Source: a virus. From it: a stretch of 64,000 nt of DNA. The notes below the pieces were generated by a model. It was not told the origin of the DNA and made no database searches. It saw only the letters and a list, made by a program, of their open reading frames with translations. Shown one piece after another: positions 11,259 through 19,177 of this stretch. The position numbers and the translations under genes were made by a program. The stretch is from positions 50,470 through 114,469 of IMG/VR virus record IMGVR_UViG_3300006793_000015; one strand, given 5' to 3'. The number at the start of each line of letters is the position of its first letter. Within the stretch, counting starts at the first letter, position 1.

Positions 11259-11927
11259 TTATATAAAGCCTCCTTCACTGTCACTTCCTAATAATCCGCC
11301 AGATGCGAATTTTTTCAGTCCAAAACGTTTGGATGTTGCTTTTCTTGAATACGTTGGCTTTGCTGTTATAGTAACTGTAGTGCTTGATGGAATCATTGTT
11401 TTACCATCAGAAGTTCTAATGTAATCAACACTACTTGGAAGTTCCATCGAAAATGATTCTACTACAACAGGTACATTTGAAAATATGTAATCTCCAGATG
11501 CATTTAATCTTAGTACAGGTGGCGGCGTGCCTGCTACAGGCTCCGCATCTTGTCCAAAAAACATTTTTGTAACAGTTCTTAAAAAGTGTAACACTCCTCT
11601 TAAATAGTCCGCCTCAGCAGAACTATTTGCTGTAAACTGTCCTGTAATTTGTATTGAGCCAATTTGATGACTTTCAAACGTAGGATGATCATAGTTTGTA
11701 TGAGTAAGTCCAGCCGCGCCATAAGCCGCGTTGTGTTGAACAAACAGTGTCGGAGTGTAAGGAAAAATAATTCCTTTTCCGGCTGCCAATGGACTTAGCA
11801 CTGGTCCTCCCAAGAGGTCAGTGTTGACTGTTAATCTTGTTCTCCAATCCTCACCTACATCGCTAAACGCAACTATTGGCGCCGCAATGCTACCTAATAA
11901 TATTCCACCAAATGGTATTGTTGCCAT
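11259..11927 (-). CDS. Baseplate/tail-tube initiator, gp48/gp54-like
   Basis: IIFPYTP, THTNY, GTPPPVLRL, NVPVVVESFSMELP..VDY motifs; likely start ATG 11927 (MATIPFGG), since the longer track start overlaps the gp55 promoter. Confidence 0.6.
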   Translation of the reverse strand: MATIPFGGILLGSIAAPIVAFSDVGEDWRTRLTVNTDLLGGPVLSPLAAGKGIIFPYTPTLFVQHNAAYGAAGLTHTNYDHPTFESHQIGSIQITGQFTANSSAEADYLRGVLHFLRTVTKMFFGQDAEPVAGTPPPVLRLNASGDYIFSNVPVVVESFSMELPSSVDYIRTSDGKTMIPSSTTVTITAKPTYSRKATSKRFGLKKFASGGLLGSDSEGGFI

Positions 11928-11957
11928 AAAAAAGTTCCTGTATGCCTTGTTATTTAT

Positions 11958-11986
11958 TTGACTTTTTAATATACGTGTATTATAAT
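11958..11986 (+). promoter_or_regulatory. Sigma70-type promoter for gp55
   Basis: TTGACT-17 nt-TATAAT. Confidence 0.7.
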
Positions 11987-12007
11987 AAATACTATATTGG
12001 AGCATAA

Positions 12008-12814
12008 ATGAACAATAAAAAAACAGTTTACCTTAGAAACAAAGATATTTTAGAAGAAATACACAAATCAAAGAATACCTACAGTAGTTACACTACACCA
12101 GAAGATGCTGATTACGATATCATTGTACCAGAGATTGAAAAAATTAATATAAGATCTGTTGCACAAGCGAAGCGTAATCGAGCGGCAAAACTTTCCAAGA
12201 TAGAACACGCAAAAGCAGTAGAGGAAAATACATCTCGTAAAAAACCTCGACTTATTGACTTTCAAATTAATTGGAAAAAGATTCCTAAAGAAGATCTTGT
12301 GTTTAGAGTTATGACTTTTGACCATATTCCTTTACAACACGGAAGGGTTAAAACACCAAAGCGTGTAGCGGATCACTATGAAAAACTTCCTTTTCCGCCA
12401 TATCAACACTTTCGTTATGATGACAATAAGGAACTTTTTTGCGTAGGCAAAAGTCACTGGATTGGTGACTTAGAAACTGGATATTTTAACAAGGATCATG
12501 GTCAAATGACTGAAAACCTCGCTAAAATGTTTATGAAGTTATGTGATCGTTATGGCACAAGATCTAACTGGCGCGGATACACATATAATGATGAGATGCG
12601 CGGTACTGCGATATTACAATTAATTCAAGTAGGGTTACTATTTGATGAAAGTAAAAGCCAAAACCCATTTGCGTATTACACAGCAATTGTCACTAACTCG
12701 TTTACCAAGATTCTTAATATGGAAAAGCGTAACCAAAACATTCGTGATGATATATTAGAAATGAATGATATGGCGCCAAGTTACACAAGGCAAAATCAAA
12801 ACGCAAAAACTTGA
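12008..12814 (+). CDS. gp55: Late-transcription sigma factor, gp55-like
   Basis: NWRGYTYNDEM...FDESKSQNPFAYYTAIVTNSF matches the gp55 signature; upstream of gp47/gp46 as in T4-like phages. Confidence 0.85.
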   Translation: MNNKKTVYLRNKDILEEIHKSKNTYSSYTTPEDADYDIIVPEIEKINIRSVAQAKRNRAAKLSKIEHAKAVEENTSRKKPRLIDFQINWKKIPKEDLVFRVMTFDHIPLQHGRVKTPKRVADHYEKLPFPPYQHFRYDDNKELFCVGKSHWIGDLETGYFNKDHGQMTENLAKMFMKLCDRYGTRSNWRGYTYNDEMRGTAILQLIQVGLLFDESKSQNPFAYYTAIVTNSFTKILNMEKRNQNIRDDILEMNDMAPSYTRQNQNAKT

Positions 12815-12839
12815 CAATTTACTTTAACTTTAGTATAAT
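12811..12839 (+). promoter_or_regulatory. Perfect sigma70 consensus promoter for gp47/gp46
   Basis: TTGACA-17 nt-TATAAT. Confidence 0.8.
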
Positions 12840-12851
12840 ATTTAATTATAT

Positions 12852-13877
12852 ATGAGTAACAATAATCTATTTAAAAAAGTAGCAGTTTGTACAGATATAC
12901 ACTTCGGAAATAAAAGCAATTCAACTACACACAATCAAGATTGTGAAGACTTTATTGACTGGTTTATAGAAACGGCGCACAAAAACGATTGCGAGACTTG
13001 CATGTTTTTAGGCGACTGGCATCACCAGCGAGCAAGCATTAACGTCCATACGTTAAACTATAGTTTGCGTAGTTTGGAAAAGTTGGGTAAATCTTTTGAG
13101 AAGTTTTACTTTATTACAGGCAACCATGATCTCTACTACAGAGATCGTCGTGATCTAAACAGTGTTGAATTTGCTAGTAGATTTCCTGGAATTTCTATTG
13201 TAAATCAAACAATTAACGAGGGCAATGTTGCTATTGTTCCGTGGTTAGTTGGTGATGACTTTAAGAAAATTAAAAAAATTAAAGCAAAGTATATTTTTGG
13301 ACACTTTGAACTGCCTCACTTTTACATGAACGCTATGGTACAAATGCCGGATCACGGCGAACTTTATGCTGACGACATGGGACATGCAGACTACGTGTTT
13401 AGTGGTCATTTCCATAAAAGACAACAGCAAAAGAATGTAATATACATTGGTAATTGCTTTCCACACAACTATGCTGATGCGTGGGACGATGATCGTGGCA
13501 TGATGATGTTGGAATGGGATGGTGAGCCAGAGTATGTTGCTTGGCCTGATGCTCCATCATATAAAACACTAAAACTATCGCAACTGTTAGAGAATCCTAC
13601 GCAGTATTTAGATAGTAAAACATACGCAAGAGTAACAATGGATATTGACATTAGTTACGAAGAAGCAAACTTTATCAAAGAAACATTTACAAAAGAGCAA
13701 AGTGTTCGCGAGTTAAGTTTATTACCGAATAAAGAGAAACAAGACCTTGACATTATTGATGAGGATATTCAACTTAACTTTGATAGCATCGATTCAATTG
13801 TTAGTGACCAATTAGCCAACATTGAAAGCGAGCATTACAATCCACAAACGTTGTTAGAAATATATAGGAACATTTAA
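12852..13877 (+). CDS. gp47: Recombination endonuclease subunit, gp47/SbcD/Mre11-like
   Basis: Metallophosphoesterase motifs DIHFG, GDWHH, GNHD, GHFE, SGHFH. Confidence 0.92.
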   Translation: MSNNNLFKKVAVCTDIHFGNKSNSTTHNQDCEDFIDWFIETAHKNDCETCMFLGDWHHQRASINVHTLNYSLRSLEKLGKSFEKFYFITGNHDLYYRDRRDLNSVEFASRFPGISIVNQTINEGNVAIVPWLVGDDFKKIKKIKAKYIFGHFELPHFYMNAMVQMPDHGELYADDMGHADYVFSGHFHKRQQQKNVIYIGNCFPHNYADAWDDDRGMMMLEWDGEPEYVAWPDAPSYKTLKLSQLLENPTQYLDSKTYARVTMDIDISYEEANFIKETFTKEQSVRELSLLPNKEKQDLDIIDEDIQLNFDSIDSIVSDQLANIESEHYNPQTLLEIYRNI

Positions 13878-15637
13878 TGTTAGTCTTAAAATCTCTGACA
13901 GTAAAGAATTTTATGAGCGTGGGTAACCAAACCCAAGCAGTTAGTTTAGACAGACAGGATCTCACACTTGTTTTAGGTGAAAACTTAGACTTAGGCGGCG
14001 ATGATGCCGGCGCTCGTAATGGTACAGGCAAGACTACTATTGTTAATGCGTTGAGTTATGTGTTGTATGGACAAGCATTAACAAATATTAAAAAAGATAA
14101 TTTAATCAATAAAACAAATGCCAAAGGCATGTTAGTCACTGTTGAGTTTGAAAAAGACGGTGTACATCATCGTATAGAACGTGGCAGACGACCGGGTATT
14201 TTAAAATATTATTCAAACAATGACGAGGTTGATCAAGCGCAAGGCGAAAATAGACAAACGCAAGATCAAATAGAAGAAGCAGTTGGTATGTCGCATACAA
14301 TGTTTAAACACGTTGTGGCACTTAACACATACACTGAGCCGTTTCTTGCTATGCGTGTATCAGATCAACGTGACGTTATTGAGCAGTTACTCGGTATTAC
14401 TTTGCTGTCTGAGAAAGCAGAAAAACTTAAAGAGATTATAAGACAAACAAAGGATCTTATTACTGAAGAAGAATACGCAATCAAAGGTAAGCAACAAGCA
14501 AACGAGAATATTGAGAACACTATTAAAAGTCTCGGCATAAAACAAAAAGCGTGGGTAGAGTCTCGCAACAAAGATATTGAGAAAATAGACAATGCTGTTA
14601 AAGAACTTGAAGCTGTCGAGATTGAAGAGGAAATAGCACTACACACTAAAAAAGCAAACATAGAGCAGTTAGAGTCTAAACTGCGTGGATATAACAGAGA
14701 ACAGTCAACTTCTAAGAACTTATTATCCAAATATAACAAGGAGTTAGCGCGGTTTGAGAAGAATATATCACAAACCGAGGATAAAACATGCCATACTTGC
14801 GGACAAGCATTACACGACGAAATACACCAAAAGATGCTTGCGGATTTGGAAGAACAAATAACTGAGCATAAACAATCTATTAAAGCAGAAGAGAAAAACT
14901 TAGCAACTGTTACTAAAAAAATAGAAGAAATTGGTACTATTGATTGGTACGAAGAAACGTTTTATGATGATATTGCTAGTGCTTATAAGCATGATAGTAG
15001 TTTAGAGCATTTGCGTAATACTTTAGTAGAGAAGGCAGAGGAAGAAGATCCGTATAAGTCTCAAATTGAAGATCTACAAAATTCTGTTTTACAAGAAATT
15101 AATTACAATAAATTAAATGAATTAGTGTCTCTTAGAGAGCACCAAGAGTTTTTAGCACGATTGCTAGTTAATAAGGACTCATTTATTCGCAAAAGAATTA
15201 TTGATCAAAACTTAGCATTGTTAAATAAAAGACTAAGTTATTACTTAGACAAGATTGGATTACCACATGCTGTAATGTTCTTGAACGATTTAAGCGTTGA
15301 AATTACAGAGTATGGGCGTGATCTAGACTTTGATAATCTTAGTAGAGGCGAACGAAATAGACTTATTTTAAGTTTATCTTGGGCGTTTAGGGATGTTTGG
15401 GAACACTTATACGACAACATAAACCTGCTAGTTATTGACGAATTAGTTGATAGTGGTATGGATGCGTTAGGGTTAGAAGGTAGTATAAGTATTCTTAAGA
15501 AATTTTGTAGAGATAGAAATAAAAGTGTATTTCTTATCTCGCATAAAGATGAACTGGTCGGGCGTGTGCATAACGTTCTGACAGTTACAAAAGAAAATGG
15601 TTTCACAAATTACAGTGACGATATAGAAATCATGTAA
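13877..15637 (+). CDS. gp46: Recombination ATPase subunit, gp46/SbcC/Rad50-like
   Basis: Walker A NGTGKTT, coiled coil with CHTC zinc hook, signature LSRGE, Walker B VIDE, ISH. Confidence 0.93.
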   Translation: MLVLKSLTVKNFMSVGNQTQAVSLDRQDLTLVLGENLDLGGDDAGARNGTGKTTIVNALSYVLYGQALTNIKKDNLINKTNAKGMLVTVEFEKDGVHHRIERGRRPGILKYYSNNDEVDQAQGENRQTQDQIEEAVGMSHTMFKHVVALNTYTEPFLAMRVSDQRDVIEQLLGITLLSEKAEKLKEIIRQTKDLITEEEYAIKGKQQANENIENTIKSLGIKQKAWVESRNKDIEKIDNAVKELEAVEIEEEIALHTKKANIEQLESKLRGYNREQSTSKNLLSKYNKELARFEKNISQTEDKTCHTCGQALHDEIHQKMLADLEEQITEHKQSIKAEEKNLATVTKKIEEIGTIDWYEETFYDDIASAYKHDSSLEHLRNTLVEKAEEEDPYKSQIEDLQNSVLQEINYNKLNELVSLREHQEFLARLLVNKDSFIRKRIIDQNLALLNKRLSYYLDKIGLPHAVMFLNDLSVEITEYGRDLDFDNLSRGERNRLILSLSWAFRDVWEHLYDNINLLVIDELVDSGMDALGLEGSISILKKFCRDRNKSVFLISHKDELVGRVHNVLTVTKENGFTNYSDDIEIM

Positions 15638-15668
15638 ATAGATTTTTACACATTAAGGAGTAAACAAT

Positions 15669-15848
15669 ATGTCAACAATTCATGAGCAAATCTTAGAGCA
15701 AGTCGAAACATACGTTAGCGAATCTTCAAAGTTTGAGGATAAGGGTGTAAAAGCCGCGGCCGCTCGCGCTCGTAAAGCGTTAGGCGAAATTGGTAAATTA
15801 GCTAAAACACGCAGGGCTGAGATTCAAGACAAAAAGAACGCAATGTAA
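15669..15848 (+). CDS. Small basic histone H1-like (Hc1-family) DNA-binding protein, 59 aa
   Basis: Below the track cutoff. AAGGAG SD at 15655-15660. MSTIHEQILEQVETYVSESSKFEDKGVKAAAARARKALGEIGKLAKTRRAEIQDKKNAM; KGVKAA.xRARK resembles the Hc1 N-terminal domain. Confidence 0.7.
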   Translation: MSTIHEQILEQVETYVSESSKFEDKGVKAAAARARKALGEIGKLAKTRRAEIQDKKNAM

Positions 15849-15851
15849 TTA

Positions 15852-16355
15852 ATGCCCAGTAAGCAAAAAATTAAAGGCTCTACATGGGAACGCGACGTTG
15901 CTAAACACTTATCTGATTTATACAGTGAGACGTTTATTCGCGTACCTCATAGCGGGTCTTACATTGGTGGAGTAAACAAAGCAAGGAAGGAATTTTTACA
16001 CGAAGGACAAATACGTTCTTTTAAAGGAGATATCATTCCAGGTCAAAGTATGCCTTTACTCAATATTGAGTGTAAGGCATATAAAGACTTTCCATTTCAT
16101 CATTTGTTTGGACAAGACGTAAAACTTTTAGATGATTGGATAGCACAGTTGTTAGAGCCTGCTGACGAAGGAGACTTTAACATCTTAATAATGAAATTTA
16201 ATAGAAAAGGCAAATACATAGCAGTAGAAGATAGGCACACCACACTAAAATTCAATAGGCACATTAACTATAAAGGTTGGAACTTTTGTGAGTACGATAA
16301 TTTTTGGGCTCACAACACTGACCAAGTTAAGCTTCTCTCAAGTACACAAAACTAA
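15852..16355 (+). CDS. PD-(D/E)xK nuclease, Holliday junction resolvase-like
   Basis: KGSTWERDVA...SG...GDI...IECK pattern of Hjc-type resolvases. Confidence 0.7.
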   Translation: MPSKQKIKGSTWERDVAKHLSDLYSETFIRVPHSGSYIGGVNKARKEFLHEGQIRSFKGDIIPGQSMPLLNIECKAYKDFPFHHLFGQDVKLLDDWIAQLLEPADEGDFNILIMKFNRKGKYIAVEDRHTTLKFNRHINYKGWNFCEYDNFWAHNTDQVKLLSSTQN

Positions 16356-16359
16356 ACTA

Positions 16360-16710
16360 GGCACAGACACAAGACATCTACAATGCGGTTAAGACCCGCT
16401 CTCCTTGACGGTGTAGCATAAGCACACTGGGATTCTGGAGATGATGACAAAAATTTAGCGTATTAATTATTTCAGGGCTAAAAAGACGAGGGTAAAAACC
16501 TCGCGTCTATTATTTGTTGAAACTGTAGCACTTAATAGATACCGTTTGTTGGCGTGATAGCCAGGAGACTGTGGTAGGGAGTACAGGACAACCGCTTCCG
16601 TGTTTAACAACAATCCACAACAGTTTACAGGTCGGGACTGAAGGAAAAAGTCTAACCACACTTCACCCAGTCGGGTGGAGTGTGAACGGAACTTCGGGAA
16701 AAAGTTAATC
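16360..16710 (+). ncRNA. Candidate large structured non-coding RNA (unassigned; strand assumed)
   Basis: No credible ORF, GC-richer than the flanks, many stem-loops, e.g. 12-bp stem CACACTTCACCC/GGGTGGAGTGTG at 16657-16684 with a G-U pair on the + strand. Confidence 0.45.
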
Positions 16711-16792
16711 AAAAGAACTTTAGTTAAATAGTATTATACTCTTTTAAAAGTGATTTATATAAATTTAGTTCGAGCTGTAAGCGAAGAACTAG

Positions 16793-17524
16793 ATGAACGT
16801 AGTTCATCTCATAATGCAGAAACAAATAAAAACATCTTTCGGAAAACAAGAAAATAGAGAAATTATTATTAATGAGATATCTTTGACTGATGTTTCTGCA
16901 GAAGAAGAACATTTAGCAATAGAGCAAGGATTTCTTATTGATGTTTTAGATGATGAATATTGGTTTATGTCGCGATCCACTCGTGTTATTACTAATAGCG
17001 TTGATGCGAAGGAATACGACGGAAAATGGGAACTAGTAGAAACTCTTACTCCAGACCTTATTAAGATTCTGCGTAAAATATTAAATCAATACGTACAAAA
17101 ACATAACTTCAAAGACTTTGAACGGTCATTAAACGAAACTAAAAGAACAAAGTTTTTTATCTACTATCATAATAGTAGAATAGTTGCGTTTACCAAGATG
17201 CAATTTTATCCTGAAATTGATCAAAGCGTAGAGCATCCACATAAAAGTGTTGAAACATGTATGTTTGCGTGGGACTATAAAAATCCAGAACTACGTCTCG
17301 GAGAAGTAACACTACAGCACGAAGTATATTGGGCACAACAAGAAGGATTTAAGTATTTGTATATAGGTCCTGGGTATGAGAAAAGCAGTATCTATAAATC
17401 AAATATTTCTGGATTTGAATGGTGGACAGGTATGGAGTGGAGTAAAGATACTGTTGAGTATAAAGAGTTGTGTAAGCGTGACAGTAAAATAAGAAGTTTT
17501 AAAGCGTTAACTTCTTTAGACTAG
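16793..17524 (+). CDS. Aminoacyl-tRNA-protein transferase-like protein (ATE1/Bpt C-terminal GNAT-like domain)
   Basis: AWDYKNPELRLG...LQHEVYWA...GFKYLYIGPGYEKSSIYK resembles the ATE_C pattern (YDP...SLG...L.EI..A...G..Y.YLGY.....M.YK); real start may be ATG 16814. Confidence 0.6.
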   Translation: MNVVHLIMQKQIKTSFGKQENREIIINEISLTDVSAEEEHLAIEQGFLIDVLDDEYWFMSRSTRVITNSVDAKEYDGKWELVETLTPDLIKILRKILNQYVQKHNFKDFERSLNETKRTKFFIYYHNSRIVAFTKMQFYPEIDQSVEHPHKSVETCMFAWDYKNPELRLGEVTLQHEVYWAQQEGFKYLYIGPGYEKSSIYKSNISGFEWWTGMEWSKDTVEYKELCKRDSKIRSFKALTSLD

Positions 17525-18041
17525 CTGGAATTTCTTCAAAACGCCAAAGCGTAACCCACTCTAAATAATCTTTAGGCCAATTTTTATAATAGTCTGTGTT
17601 TTTTGCAAGTTGTTCTGATGCATGGTTTAACACACTTAGTCTTGCCATTAAACATAAAATACATTTACCAAAGTTTAACACTAATTTACCTATACGCTCT
17701 TCACGTTCCGGATGATCATCAAGTATAACAATGTCTAGTGGCATTAGTTCGTCATTTACTGCTTCTGTAATATTGGCAACTTCTTCTTCAGAATAGTTTT
17801 CAGTTGGAGTTAGTATAGCGATAACCTCTACTTTGCCCTCATTGTCCTCGTCAGTCCAGTTACGCCCTAAGTCTAACAAGTGTTCTTCTAAGTCATCATA
17901 TACAAATTTAAAACGAATTGTATTGTTATCTACAGTTGGCTTTGCATAAGGACACACAGGTAGATTACCTAACTCTGCTTGCGGTTTAGCAAGGAAAGTT
18001 TTTATCCAGTCTTTTAAATCGTTAATAAGTTCTTGTTCCAT
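17499..18041 (-). CDS. DUF1415-like protein
   Basis: W...F...LGNLPVCPYAK and DHP motifs resemble DUF1415 (LCPFA...FHP). Confidence 0.45.
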   Translation of the reverse strand: MEQELINDLKDWIKTFLAKPQAELGNLPVCPYAKPTVDNNTIRFKFVYDDLEEHLLDLGRNWTDEDNEGKVEVIAILTPTENYSEEEVANITEAVNDELMPLDIVILDDHPEREERIGKLVLNFGKCILCLMARLSVLNHASEQLAKNTDYYKNWPKDYLEWVTLWRFEEIPASLKKLTL

Positions 18042-18273
18042 TAGAAGTATGGTAGCCCCGAATCTTTTGTTATTTTTAAGTTTTCTTCTACAATCTCTGT
18101 TAGCAATTGTCTTTCTTTTAAAGAAGTATTGAACATTTCATTAATAGTAAAGCCACCTCTCATAAACCAAGCAAATTTGTAAATTTCTTTTTTAATGACT
18201 TCTACCTGTTTCTCGTAATTAGCAATTAATTCTAATACTTCTTCAAAACCTAATGATAAAAGCCTTAGGCGAA
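18041..18273 (-). CDS. -1 frame extension of the chaperone (gp51-like / lambda gpT-like segment)
   Basis: Open -1 frame RLRLLSLGFEEVLELIANYEKQVEVIKKEIYKFAWFMRGG...EENLKITKDSGLPYF fills the gap exactly, has no ATG/GTG/TTG until MRGG, and starts at a slippery site. Confidence 0.65.
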
Positions 18274-19104
18274 AAAATTTGCATAATCAAAAATTATTGG
18301 AGAGTCAAACGCATGGTTACATTTAGGACATTCTATATGCAATGGTTCTAGTGCAGTTTTATCTTTTATTTCTTGTATAGTATTTGTAATTTTCTTAAAA
18401 AGTTTTACACTAGCATTATTCACAAAACCTATAATTTCGTCTTTATCTGTAACCATAGTCCCATCTGGTAATTCAATACCTTTAATACCAGATGATATGC
18501 TATTAATATTAATTTCAGTCATAGTGTTTAATATTTCATTATATATTTCTTTTAGTTCTTCCTCTGACTTATCTTCCATAGTTCCTACTGCTTCAATGGC
18601 TCTTTGCTCTTCAAAAGTTCTTCTTTGAATTAGAGATAAATCTTTATAAGATAGAGGTTTAATATGAACTTTAACTTCACCGTATTTGAGAATATTACTT
18701 TCTACAGACATACTGGCTTGACTTAAATGATCTATGTAATGATTTAAAGTGACTGCATAATTAAATTCTTCCTCACATTCTGAACATTTAAATTCTAATT
18801 CCATGTCGTTTCCGTATGATGCTATTCTAATAGCAACTAAAATAAAATCAACATCAGTAGCAGGAATTTGCCACGGATCCAAAATAGCAGGAATACAACT
18901 TTTAATAACTTGTGCTACCGCCTCTCCTGAAATGAGGGCGTCAGGTGTTTTTAAAATAATATCGTCCTTTGCGGTCATAGCATAAACTGGCACCTCGCTG
19001 GTTGGTGATAAATCTAAACTACCTTCAGGGTAAAATTTTCCCTCATGTGGAATTGAGATATAAATCTCAGGTTGGCGATAATATTGTTCTAGTATGTTAC
19101 TCAT
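18265..19104 (-). CDS. gp26: Baseplate-hub/tail assembly chaperone, gp26-like
   Basis: MTAKDDIILK...DVDFILVAIRIASYG, two CxxC pairs (CSEC, CPKC), ends NFFA as T4-like gp26 homologues end in FF. Confidence 0.7.
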   Translation of the reverse strand: MSNILEQYYRQPEIYISIPHEGKFYPEGSLDLSPTSEVPVYAMTAKDDIILKTPDALISGEAVAQVIKSCIPAILDPWQIPATDVDFILVAIRIASYGNDMELEFKCSECEEEFNYAVTLNHYIDHLSQASMSVESNILKYGEVKVHIKPLSYKDLSLIQRRTFEEQRAIEAVGTMEDKSEEELKEIYNEILNTMTEININSISSGIKGIELPDGTMVTDKDEIIGFVNNASVKLFKKITNTIQEIKDKTALEPLHIECPKCNHAFDSPIIFDYANFFA

Positions 19105-19126
19105 TTAGAATCCTCGAAAAATAATG

Positions 19127-19149
19127 TATAAATAATGTAGCGGTATTTA
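19127..19149. promoter_or_regulatory. Face-to-face late promoters for the tape-measure-like gene (+) and the chaperone (-)
   Basis: TATAAATA at 19127-19134 (+) and TAAATA at 19149-19144 (-). Confidence 0.55.
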
Positions 19150-19177
19150 CTCTATTTTATAATATACGCATATAATT

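Noticed and set aside
16356-16790. tRNA, tmRNA, RNase P RNA, group I/II intron or IscB/TnpB guide RNA in the non-coding gap; also track ORFs 16467-16712 and 16724-16912
   Set aside because: I found no cloverleaf/T-loop, tmRNA ends or intron core motifs, the flanking genes are not split, and no transposase or IscB is adjacent. The short ORFs lack translation signals. Kept only as an unassigned structured element.
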